DNA of 43,138 nucleotides from Chrysochromulina tobinii (taxonomy: Eukaryota), in contig JWZX01003176.1 in NCBI GenBank assembly GCA_001275005.1, forward strand, positions 1 to 43,138, given 5' to 3'. Below are positions 12,501-23,578 of this stretch, piece after piece; positions within the stretch are counted from its first letter, which is position 1, and the number at the start of each line of letters is the position of its first letter. Made by a program: the position numbers and the translations under genes. Below the pieces are notes generated by a model. That model was not told the origin of the DNA, ran no database searches, and worked only from the letters and a program-made list of their open reading frames with translations.

Positions 12501-15500
12501 ATGGCCTCGGGAAAGACGGCGCGACTCGCCAGATGCAGCGCCGTCTTGAGCGGTCCCTCCTCTGCGGAGCATGCGGGCAGCGCGTCGACGCTCGCACGTG
12601 CTGCAATGAGCAGCTCGGCACAGAGCAGAAACGGACGTCGCGAGCGGCTCTTCGAGACAATCGCTGCGCGGCACGCGTGCTGCAGCGCGGTGCCGTCCGG
12701 GCTGAACGAGTTCGGGTCTGCGCGCTCGCGCAGCAGCGACCGGACGTCTTGATCTTGACCCCTCGCCGCGGCGAGCACCAGGTCTGGGTCCGGGTAGTGC
12801 GTGGCCAGTGGCCATCGAGCGGCGCCGTCCTGGGTGTCGTCCTCATCCGAGCTCGAGGAGCGCAAGACACGAGCGGAGACGTCGTCGTCTGCCACGTATC
12901 CACTCCGATCGGAGCCGCCGCTCGGCTGCTGCACCGGGAGCGGAGGACGTGGATCGAGGGCATGCTTGCATGCAACCGCGAGCCTCTTGTGCGCCTCGGT
13001 CTTCCGATGCGCCTTGGCGAGCCAAGCGGCCGTCCGCCCATGGCAGTCCGCGGCGATCGGGTCGGCGCGGTGCTCGATCAGCAGCTCGATGATGCCGACG
13101 GAGCCCGAGACGGCGGCAAAGTGTAACGGCAGCATCCCATCGCTCGTAGGCTTGTTGACCTGCGCCTTGACGCGCAGCAGCATCTTGACGACTGCCTCGT
13201 GCTTGTACGCGGCCGCCACATGCAGCGCGCTATGATCGCCGTGCACGCCGCCCTTTTCCGAGTCTGGGTGCGCGCAGCGCCTGAGGAGCAGTTCCACCGT
13301 GGCGAGCTCGCCCTTTCGCGCCGCCGTGACGAGCATCGCGTTGAAAGTTGTGGTCGCGTGCTTGCTCGCGTGCTTCGCTCCGAGAGCACCCATGCGCTTT
13401 GCGCCGATCCACATGGCATACCCGCCCAACGGTTCGGCCACAAGCGACGTGAGCAAGTCCAGTCCCCTCGGGTCTCGAGTCCCTCGATGCGGCCAATGTG
13501 AGACCCTTCGACGCGAAGCCGGAGCTCGGTATAATTGAGCGCGGCCGCCGGCTCGTACACATTCTTGGTCTTCAATTGTGAGCCGACCACCTCGGTAGCG
13601 TGCACGATCTGGCGCATCGACTTGTATGAGTCCTCCTTGTCCCGTTGCCGGCGGCTGCGGCGCATCTCGTCGAGACGACTCTCGACCTGCTTGAGACGGC
13701 CCTCGTACTCGAGGCGCACCGAGCGCTTCTGCTCCTCGCTCTGGCCCGGCTGCTGCTCGGCGCTCTCCATCTCGAGCTTCGTCGAGTGGAGCTCTTGCAG
13801 CAGCGCGAGGATCCGGCGCGACATCTCGCTCGCCGTCGGCGCTTGGTCCGCCGTCTCCTGCACGCCGTGACCGAGCTTTGGAGTGGGAGGCGAGGAGGAG
13901 CCGCGGAGCCTTGGAGGCCGTGCGTCATCGGTTTGGGGTCCATCCTCAGGCTCGATCATGCGGAACTTGTCCTTGAGAGACGCCACGCGCGGCGCTGCCT
14001 CGAGCAGATCCTTGAGCAGAGCGTACGACACGTTGATCTCAATCGGGGAGCTCGCGCGAAGCATGAGCGCCGTCGTGGTAGTCGGCCCCGTCGCATGGTT
14101 GGCAAACGTGAGCCGGACAGCCGACGGCTCGAGGATCGGTTCCCATCGGGACAGGGCCATGTTGAAGTTGGACACTTGCATGCGCAGATCGAGCGCCACA
14201 TTGTCGAGCACGTTGTCGAGCACGTTGGCCGACTTGACGAGCACATCGGCCTGCGCGCGGAACCCATCGACAGCGACCTCGAGCAGCGGCAGGAAGGAGC
14301 CCCCTCCCCACAAGGCGGCGTCCGAGTCGTCGATGAGATGGACCCAGAGCCCACCCCAGCTGCTCACACGCACCTTGAGGTCCATGCTCGTCAGTTGCGA
14401 GCCCGGGTCCGCAAAGTCGGCCGCGGTGGCTGCCGCGGCCTTCTTGGCGGCGGCGAGTCGTGATGGCGACAGTCGCGATGGTGGCTGCGACGGCAGTGCG
14501 CCGTCGGCCCTTTGGGGCGGCAGCGCCGAGCGCATCGAGGCGACAGCTCTCTTGAGCGCATCCGAAGCGTCCCCATCGTCGACCATCCGCTCTTGGTTCG
14601 GCATTCGCGATGGCAGCTTGGGCGCCGGGTTGAGCGCCGCCTCCGCCACGGCCTCCGCAGAGCGCATTTGGCCCCAGCTTTGGCTCCAGCGCATGGCACG
14701 TTCGTGCTGCACCACAAGCTGCTGCTCCTTGGCGATCTCCTCCCCGATGATGGCGAGCAGCGCCAGATGGGAGAAGGCCAGGTTCAAGTGGAGCGCGCCA
14801 AGGCGCACGTCCACGCGCAGCACGATCGGGAGCACGGAGCCCAAGGGCGGGAGCGTCCTCTCGAGCACAAGATCCAATTGGAAGCGCTCGAGGGTGAACT
14901 TGTCGTTCGGAATCCGGCCCTGCTCTCTCGTGCCGCCGAGCGCCTCCCCGTCGTTGTCAACCACCCTCCATCGCTCGTTGAGACGGTCGTCGATGAGCAC
15001 TTCGACATGCTTGAGGCGCAGCCGCAGCCTGTCGCACCATCCGAGGTTCGTCAACTTCGGGCGTGCGCCAGGGCCCAAGTCGAGCAGTTTCGTCAGATCG
15101 GTGCATGCTTGCAGCTGCCCGAGGCGTACCACCAGACCTCCGCGCGGGTCGCTTGGGCGTGGCAACACGAGCACAGGCAACTCGAAACAGAGGCACAGCG
15201 CCACCAGAGGGAGGGTGCGCAGGGCATCCGTCGGGTCGCCTGCGGCAGCGGCGGGCTTCGTACCGGTACCGCCGCCGCCGCCACCGCCGGCAGCGGCTGG
15301 CTCGGGCGCCTCGGCTGCTGCCTCCGCGGGCGGCGGCGCATGCGCTGCCACCGCGGTGCCGAGTCGTGCAATCGCGGCGCCAATCGACGCGAGCTCGCGC
15401 GCATGCAGATTCACCTGCAGGGGCTTGAGAGCGCATGCAAGACTCAGGGCATACTCAGGCATGGTGCACGCCGCGCTGCCCTGGGCACCGCCTGCTGCTA

Positions 15501-15907
15501 CCGCCGGCGCCGCCTTCGGCTTCAGGGAGCGTAGCCGGAGGACCAGCACTTGCATGCCAAGGCACTTCGCCGCCGTCCGATCGCCCCCCCCACCCGCCGC
15601 CGTCCGATCGCCCCCCCCACCACACGCCACCTCGGTACTTCCGATGCCGAGGTTGCGCAGCACGGCTTGCTTGGGTCGGTGGCGCGCCTCGGCGGCGTCG
15701 ATCGGCCCAGCCGCGCGGAATTCATCCAAGACGCGCGCCGCCGTCGCGAGCGCTCCCGAAGAGACGCCCGCGGCGGCGCCGCCAGCGCTAGAAGGAATCC
15801 AGCCACCAGCGTGAGAAGGTGCCTCGGCGGCGCTCAGTGCGCTGCGAGCGCAGGGCATGGTACGGAGGAGTTCGCGCGCTTCGGAGCCGCCGCCTCCAGC
15901 GCCTCCA

Positions 15908-15941
<34 letters not shown>

Positions 15942-18900
15942 TCTCAGCGCGTGCGTAGGCATGGATGCCTCCTATCGTGAGCCGCACGTCCTGTGCGCCC
16001 AGCTCGAGCAAGGCACGGGCCTCGATGGCCGCGATACTTGCAACGAGCAGCGCGCCCGCCGACGCCGTGTCGGGCGCGTGGGGCCAACCAAAAGGAGTCG
16101 TAGCGTGAAGCAGGACTGCCAGCCTCTCGAGCTGCGCGCGCACGAGCATCTTCGGCTTGGCGGGAGCCGCGGCAGATTCGACTCGCGGCGATGAACTTGC
16201 TTCCGAACCCTCATGCACATCTGCATACTCGTCCAAGGCGAAGCTTTCGACATTTGGGCTTCTGACTCTAGCAGCAGCTTCGACTCGCGGCGAGGAACTG
16301 GCTTCTGAACCCTCATGCACATCTGTAAACTCGTCCAGGGCGTTCGCTGATTGAACACTGCCGAGGCTGCTGTTGACGCTGCTGTCGACGCTGCAGTTGT
16401 CGCAGCCAGCCGCCGTATTGCTAGGCGACGATGACTCGGCAGCGGCGGCGGCGGCGGCGGTGGCGGCGGCGGTGGCGAGAGCGGATCGCTCCGATGCGAG
16501 GCTCTCTCCGAGCGTCTTCGCTAGCATCACCGACATGATGGCTCCTTTGAGGCGGCGATCGGGCACGGGCGCTTGCGAGTCGACGACGCTCTTGACGATA
16601 CTTGATGAGATCTGGCTGATCTCAGCCATGCCCGCCAGCGCCGGTGCAATCGCCGCTGCAAACTGAGTCAGCCCGCTGAGTGGCCGTGCGAGGGCGGAGG
16701 TGTCAACGTGCACGCGCACCGGCCGAATCGCGACGTCCACACACGTGGCGGCTGCAGCCGCGTCGAAGGCCGGCGAGCCGGCTTGTACAAGATCGAGCTG
16801 CACCACGAGCAGCGAGGTGGCGTCGACAAGCGCCGCTTCCTCGTTGAGGTGCGCGTCGAGATGGGCGCTCGCCGATGCGTCGAGCTGCTCGAGGTCGGCA
16901 GGCAGCCTGCCGCCGTCGAGGAGGGGGATGAGACCAGCGCGCGAGCCGTCTCGGGCGGCCGTTGGACGAGCGGACGCTTCCCATCGGGTGCGCCGGCCCT
17001 GGGCGCCGTCTCGGGCGCCGTCTCGACGTGCCGAGGAGGGGGAAGCGGGCGGAGGTGGCGTCACAAGAGTAGTAGGCCCGAGGTCGATGGAGAGGCCTTC
17101 GAGCCGCATGGCAAGCCGCAGATCCAACGGACGCATGTGCATGCGCGTCCGAAGCTCGTGTAGGCGCAGGCAGAGCAACGACTGTGGTGCGGCCGGCCGC
17201 AGCTGCGGCTGCTTAGATGCCGATGAGGACAAGAGGGTTGGTGGGGCGTGCACCACTGTCACTGTGAGCTTGCACAGCCGGAGCGAGACCGCCATCTGTT
17301 CACGCTCGATTGCGTCGCGCACGACGGTCCCACCCGCCTGCTTCGTCGCCTCCTCGAAAAACGTTCGGAGCTTCTGCTCGGCGAGCAGATCGCTGCGCTT
17401 GCGCCTCGGCGGCTGCTTGGCCGCGCAGGCGGCGGCCCATTTGTTGGCTTCGGATCGCGTCTCGACGAACACCTGGACGGTGCACGAGGCGAGATGGCGA
17501 GGCAGGCGGGACGCGTGCATCGCGAAGCTCAAGCTCCGACCGTTCCCCCCCATCTCGGGATTGTCGAAGTCGTCGAGGCACAGCTCATACGACTCGCCCG
17601 TGCTCGTGGCGTAGGTGAAGCCGCGGTTACGAAGCACTGCCCACGAGCGACCATGCTCGAGGACCATCTCCTTGCCATACTGCGCGCCGGTGCCAGCGAC
17701 GCTCTCCTTGAGCCGCGAGCTTCGGACTACGCCCAGTACCCAGCCGGAGCGGCCACCGCTTTTGGATGCCGAAGCCACGAGCGTGTTGATCGTGAGCAGG
17801 AGCATCGATAGGTTGCCGTAGAGCCCGCTCAGCTCGAGGACCGTCGCGTCAGAGACGCTCAGGCTGATCGCACGCACCAGGACGGACACGTCCACACGCG
17901 GTACCTCGGGCGGCACCTCGACGAGCGGCACGCCAACGGCGATTTGGACTGACGTCACCTCCACCAGCCATCCCTGGGGTGGTGACGTCGGCGAGGGAGG
18001 GGACGTCGGCGGGGGTGGTGACGTCGGCGGGCTCGATCGCCAGGGATGGTTCTGGAGAGGCTCCGCGTCCAGATCAAAAGAAGGATGCAGCCACGCGGCC
18101 GCGAGGGAGGTGGGCGGCAGGATCCCCATGCGCGCCGCCTCGAGCGCGACGCGTAGCACGAGGCGCGGCTTGTCGGTGGGCAGCCCGACGCTTTGCGCAT
18201 CGACCGTGCAGACGCTCAGCGGTCCGACGCGGACCAGCACGATGCGACGCACGCTGCACGCAGGCTGAACGCTGGGGCGTCGCTCTTTGTTGAGGTGGCG
18301 CTGACGTGAGGTGGCGCTGACGTCGCCCTTTGCTGTGGCGGCGCCCTTGGCGGAGGAGAGGTTTGGGAGTGTCGCTGGCTCCACTTCACGGTCGTCTTCA
18401 TCGGCGCGCGCGTGCACACGGCCTTCAGCGGCGCGCGCGTGAATGAGGCGGGGGAAGAGCGCCGAACGCATCGCATGGAACTCGTCGACCGTGAGCGACG
18501 GCTCGACGAGGGCAAATTGCAACGTGCCCACACGAACGTCAATGTCAGTCGCCAACGCCTTGGACTGCATGGCAGCGAGTTGCGCACGCATGGCAGGGCC
18601 GATGGCATCGAGCACGTGGTCGGCGAGCTGCGCCCCGCGCGCCTTGAGCGCTGCTTCGAGCGCCGACTCTTTCCGGCGCGTCGAGTTGTCCGTACTCGGT
18701 CGTATCGAGGCAAAGTGGAGCAGCGGCGGCAGGATGTGGGGATCAAGGAGGACGCGTGGGCCGGCGACGCGAAGGCGCACGCCCAGCGCGACGCCAGAGG
18801 CCGACAGCGTGTCTACCTGCAGCTCGATCGCGGCATTGGTGTCAGCCGGCGTCGAGATCCCATCTCGCGGCGTCGAGGTCACATCTCGTCTCGTCGAGAT

Positions 18901-20991
18901 CCCATCTCGCTGCCGGCGGCGCATCTCGTCACCATCTCCCATCGAGCTCCCATCTTGCTGCCGGCGGCGCATCTCGTCACCATCTCCCATCGAGAAGATG
19001 GTGCGCAGGTACTCGTCGCGCTTGGCTTTGAGGTTCGTCAACTCGATCGCCATCACGCGCGCGTAGAGGGATATCGAGCCGGCGCCTCCGAGGAGGATGG
19101 CGGCCCGCACCGACGCCTGTCCGACTTGGAAATCGAGCCACGCCGAGTCATCGCGCTCGCTGTGGATCTTGACGTGGAAGGAGGGCATCGAGAAGGTCAC
19201 CACGAGCTCCTCGGTATTCACCGCCTCCTTGCCGGCCATCGACGCCACCATCGCCGCGTGCACCGCTGCCTTGGCCACGCCCGCCTCCTCGGCCGCCCGC
19301 TTCGTACTCTGGTCGAGCTCATACTGGAGCTCCTCGAGCTCGCCGGGCGTCACGACGGCCGCATGGGCCGCATCCGTGTGCGTTGGTCCACCACCGAAGA
19401 GGCCCTTGAAGAGCCCCGCCGGCTGGAAGGCGGCTGCGAGCCGCCGAAAGGCGACGATCTCTTCAAAGAGCATCCCATCCGCCTCGAGCGCCTCGAGATG
19501 CTTGACCGACTCCGAGCCAGCCTTCGCACCTCGAGCCGCGACGTAGGCCTCGAGGTACGCAGCGCGCCGCTCGCGCCGCTGCCTATGGTTGCGCCAGCCG
19601 AGCTTGAGCTTGCCCTTGCGCCTCACCTCGAGCAGCGCGCACCGGCCCACAAACTGCCACCACTCGCGTGGGGCCGTCGAGGCGGCGACCGAGCTCGGGC
19701 GGCGCGCTTCGGCATAGTGGTTACGCCGCTCCTTGAGGTCGAGTGCCTCGAGCACAGCCATCAGGAGCACAAACTGGCCGTGGCGCACGCACAAGCCGTT
19801 GCCGTGGACGCTCACCGCTACGGCGCCATCGCTCAGCCCCAAGCCTGCCAAGCCCAGGTCGAACACCACCTTCAGGTCAAGCGGTGTGAGGATGTGGGCC
19901 GGCCCCTCGGGGGCGTCGATCAGGGGCTGCATCAGCCGTCTCCAATAGCTCCCAGCTGCATTCGCCTCGAGCGCACTCGCATATTCCTCGTCATCCCAAA
20001 CGTCCAAATTTGGAACAGGCTCCTCGCCCACGCTGCCGCTGCCCGCGCCGCCCGCGACCGAGCTGCCGCCGCCCGCGCCGCCCGCGCCGCCCGCGCCGCC
20101 TCTGCCTCTCCCTCCCTCACCCCGGGGACTCAGCCACGCCTCGCGCTCAGAGGTGAGATCGGCACGGGAGCCGAGGTAGATGCCCAGCCCTTGGAGCTCG
20201 AGCGTCTTGCACACGCGTGCCTTGGCGCGCGGGTGCTGTGCGACACCACCCGTGCCGCTCTTGCCGCCGCCCGTGCCCACCACGGCGTCCAGCGTGTTGA
20301 TGAAGGCGAGGCGGCGCAGCACCACGCCCAGAGCGAGCGGCATGGGGTCATCCTTCACCTCCTCTTGCAGGCGCACGTGCACGTTGGTGAGCACGAACTC
20401 GATTCGGTGGGCCACCGACGAGATGATCTTGTCGATGAGGCCCTCACCCTTTTTCCCGCCGCCCGCCGCCTGCCGCTGGTCCTCGACAGCCTGCCAAGCC
20501 GCGACGCGCGCACGCAGCGCTGCCGCCGCGCGCTTCGCCGCCATCTCGGGCTCATAGGTCTCGGGCTGGGCGAAGCCGCGCAGCACGAAGTAGACACGGT
20601 CGATCTTCACGGTGATGGGCTGGCTCATGAGATCGTGCCACGGCACATGCAGCTCAATGCTGCCAATGAAGCCTCCCGCGAGCTCGCACGGCAAGCCGTC
20701 AGCGAGCCCTTCCGCGTCCGGCCTCAGGAACAGATCGCTAAAGGTGGCGCCGTCGATGCCTATTCTCGCAAAGCCGATCCGAAAGAAGGCCTCCAGCTGC
20801 TTCTTGACCATGTCCGTGATGGCGCGGCCCACCCAGGAGAACGCGCCACCAAAGACGGAAGAAGGCGCTGCTGCGTGCTGCTTGTCTGAAGGCGCTGCCG
20901 CTTCGGCGTCGGCGGCGCGCGCTGGCGACGGGCTCGCTCCCGAAAACCTTTCGCCAGTCATCTGACTCCATGACTCTCGGATCCAGTCCAT
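3514..20991 (-). CDS. VPS13: giant VPS13-family (chorein) bridge-like lipid transfer protein, ~5,750 aa, with inserted ankyrin, PH/GRAM-like and IQ-like modules; intron 8092-8311; apparent frameshift near 13465
   Basis: Chorein-N-like GFIGSIELHVPWHDLMSQPITVKIDRVY and EWWQF; NFNMALSRWEPILEP; VAB-like APHWLYNKSSVPL and PFRIANES; C-terminal LQIDTPIESADFPVLL and ELYLKRVKIDQVRLSIT; ATG_C-like GVKGFVYGL. Three consecutive long minus-strand ORFs (13078-20991, 8288-13456, 3514-8121) are joined by one intron and one frame change. Confidence 0.85.
7491..7589 (-). repeat. coding 21-nt tandem repeat (PTTAAQS), about 4.7 copies
   Basis: CCGCCGTCGTGGGCGACTGAG repeated perfectly within VPS13. Confidence 0.95.
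8092..8311 (-). other. 220-nt phase-0 intron of VPS13 made of three serial GT...CAG units
   Basis: Sense strand TTTCGTCAG|GTGATG...TTTCGTCAG|GTGGGC; removal joins AFRQ to VGTQ in frame. Confidence 0.9.
9851..10070 (-). repeat. coding 93-nt tandem repeat, about 2.4 copies
   Basis: GCTCCACTTCTCTCGGCGATGGCAGTG recurs at 9858, 9951 and 10044; 31-aa unit AIAERSGAAAMARGAASAAAQTKSAPAKSST. Confidence 0.92.
11333..11446 (-). repeat. coding 33-nt tandem repeat (AAEASLPTACP), about 3.4 copies
   Basis: GAGGCCTCGGCAGCGGGGCAGGCTGTGGGAAG recurs with period 33. Confidence 0.92.
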
Positions 20992-21562
20992 ATCGGCCGG
21001 CCGTGTTCGGGACTATCACGACGCCCTCGTGGAGGAACATGTTTCCATTTTTAATCAAGTTCATTTTTAGACAGCCGAAACACTCTCACACACATAAGTC
21101 AAGCTTGCGCTACAAACGTCGCGCCGGCCCGCCGAAAGGAATCATGTGAAGATCCGTCCCGGCGGGCCCTGGCACGCGAGAGCAGCATGTATGTACAAGC
21201 TCAGCAATGAAGCTCAGCTTCAAGCTCATTCCGTTATCCGTTTCCTCAAGAAGGCTTTCCCCTGGGCCTTTTCCGATTGCCCTTCCTCTGGGCTATCAGT
21301 ATCCCCCTATGACTGGTTCCATGAATGGACACCGTCCCATGTGATCGACACACCTGTGTCAAGTTGAGTTCACAGGAGCGACGCGTAACTTTGGGCGTCA
21401 CGCGGCAATCAGGACTTCAGGAGCATTACCTTGTATGGAATCAGGAGGCCAGGCGCTCGGATGTTCAGCCGAAGACTGGCGCCCCACACCGACACGCGTC
21501 CTTGCTTGCGTCCGCTCCAATTCACGCAATCTCGACAGCCGAGATCACTTCCGTCTCGTGAG

Positions 21563-22138
21563 ATGAAGGTCAGCGTCGTGCTCTTCTTGCTTGGCCTGGT
21601 GGCTTGCGCACAAGCTGGGTGGGGTGGCAAGGGGAAGAAAGAGGAGAGAGACCTCGACGAGAAGGAGCACATGGAAGAATCGATGTACGAGGAAGAAGTG
21701 CGCGCGGCCGGCGGGCGTGACTACGAGGTTGAGGGCCTGAAGAGGCGCAAGGCCGGCGAGATCAACGACGCCGAGCTGGGGATCAACAACCTTGCCGGCG
21801 CCATGAAGGACCCGGCCGCGATGGCGGAGATGGCACAGATGATGAGGGATCCAGAGGCCATGCGGGCCGTCAAGGAAATGATGGCCGATCCGCAATTTCA
21901 GGAACAGGCGAAGGCAGCGATGGCGCAGATGCAGGCATCGGGCAGGTTGCCGGACATGGCGCATGTGCAGGAGATGATGAAGGACCCAGCCGTCATGCAG
22001 AAGGCGAAAGCCATGGCTGAGGCGATGAACTTTGGATGGGACGGCGTGTCGCACGGTGGCGGCATGGGTGGTGGTGTCGAAGCCGAGCTCGCCCGGCTGC
22101 GTGCCGAGAATGCGCGTCTGAAGCAGCAGATGTTGTGA
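21563..22138 (+). CDS. signal-peptide protein with STI1/DP-like Met-rich repeats and a short C-terminal coiled coil (191 aa)
   Basis: Hydrophobic leader MKVSVVLFLLGLVACAQAG; repeats AMKDP, MMRDPE, MMADPQF, MMKDP; strong GC3 codon bias. Confidence 0.8.
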   Translation: MKVSVVLFLLGLVACAQAGWGGKGKKEERDLDEKEHMEESMYEEEVRAAGGRDYEVEGLKRRKAGEINDAELGINNLAGAMKDPAAMAEMAQMMRDPEAMRAVKEMMADPQFQEQAKAAMAQMQASGRLPDMAHVQEMMKDPAVMQKAKAMAEAMNFGWDGVSHGGGMGGGVEAELARLRAENARLKQQML

Positions 22139-22647
22139 GCGGCACGCTGGGCAGATGAAAATACTGTTGAGATCAGCTTCTGGACCGACTTTGAGATCGG
22201 CGGCGGGCCAGGGGAGCAATGCCTAAGCAATGCCGGGGACGGCGAATGTGTGAGAGTCCCAGTTCCAGAGACACCAGATGCACGGCAGGCGCGCGCGCGC
22301 AGCCGCCATGGCAACCGTTCGGCAGCCGCACGCCCTACCAAATTGTGTGCGACTACAGTGCAGCTCGTCCACACTGTGTGTCCAGTGACGCCCGGGAGCG
22401 TTCTGAACTGGGCTTATCCGACTCGTCGGCTTACACTAAACGTCGAACGGAAAACCCGGTAACGGGCCCAAAAATATCCAAACCCACCAGCCGAGGCTGC
22501 CGACAACGCAGCCCCCTCGAAAAAATAGCCCCGCGGGGCTTCAGCCACGTAAATGTGACTCTCGAGCCCGATACAGCGCTCGACCTGAGCGTGCGATCGT
22601 TGAAGAGACAGAGAGGGCCTTTCTCTGATCTGCTGAAGAGCGGACAC

Positions 22648-23312
22648 ATGGGCAAAGGCGCGACTCAGCATGTGGTGGAAACCCGGAAGCCCAAGGCCAT
22701 CGACGTGCCGCCGGAGCTCGTGTCATGGATGAACCCGATTGGCTCCTTCAGCGACGAGCTTGTTCGTGCGTGTGCTGCCCGCTCAGAATTGCCTTGAGGG
22801 CACCGGCGGCCCGGTGCTTGCACTCACTCTCACGTGCCCCCCGCGTCACGCCCGTCGCAGCTCAAGCGCGGCGGTACTACAAATCGCATCCGAGTACCAC
22901 TGGGCAACTGACCGCTGGCCAGTTTGGGGGGGCCATCGGCTATCCACGGCCGTCAGTCACCTCGAACGAGGATCCGCTGATCAAGGAGAAGATGCGCACC
23001 TTCCCCGACAACCATCCATCATTCGGCTCAGTGCCAAACCTCAAAGCTATGGGCGCCCCCGCTCTCGTCTTCACGCAGGGCGACTCGACGCAGTGGGAGT
23101 CGACGACGCGCGCCACGATAGACCTCCACAAGCCGACGCTCAAAAACCGCAAGGAGGGCAAGGCGAGTGTGGAGGCGCTCTTTGGCGCGGGCGACCTTTA
23201 CACGGTGCCGATCGACTCGTACGTGGCGCCCGTTGGCGCTCCGCCCACCATCTCACGGGACCAGCGTGTGTTCAAGCACATGGGCACTCTGTCGCGCTTG
23301 GGCAAGTGGTGA
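22648..23312 (+). CDS. hypothetical protein (189 aa); exons 22648-22765 and 22861-23312
   Basis: A phase-1 intron C|GTGCGT...CCCGTCGCAG| (95 nt) joins MGKGATQ...DELV to QARRYYK...LGKW; coding-like codon usage. Confidence 0.65.
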
Positions 23313-23578
23313 ACGCCTGAACGGGCGCGCTCGCTGCTGACCCTGGACACGGCTGCGCTCGCAGTCACAGCGCACACGCCGCGCGAGGGCCGCGGCGGTG
23401 CTTGGCACACCCAGCACGACGAGAGAGATGAGAGAGAATACGAACGCACACACAGGTATACCATTAGAGAATTGACCTCTTGCCACGCGGTTAGCCACGC
23501 TGTACACGCTATTTGTGAGAGAGCGAGAGTTGAGAACTGAACTCACGTCGAAAGCGCTGTTGTGGGCGGCCGACGAGA

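Noticed and set aside
3610..20889. Many long ORFs antisense to or overlapping VPS13 (for example 18412-20889 +, 13883-15814 +) and 25075-26964 on the minus strand
   Set aside because: These are shadow ORFs expected from high GC and codon bias; they have Arg/Ala/Ser-rich translations and no motifs.
183..21263. Peptide LKKAFP appears in two intergenic ORFs (138-389 and 21146-21367)
   Set aside because: A 6-aa match is expected by chance across six frames of 43 kb, and the flanks do not align.
21240..21500. Possible structured ncRNA in the VPS13/STI1 divergent intergenic region
   Set aside because: Only short hairpins (such as GACACA-CC-TGTGTC) are visible, with no recognisable tRNA, snRNA or snoRNA boxes. 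An Infernal/Rfam search would be needed.
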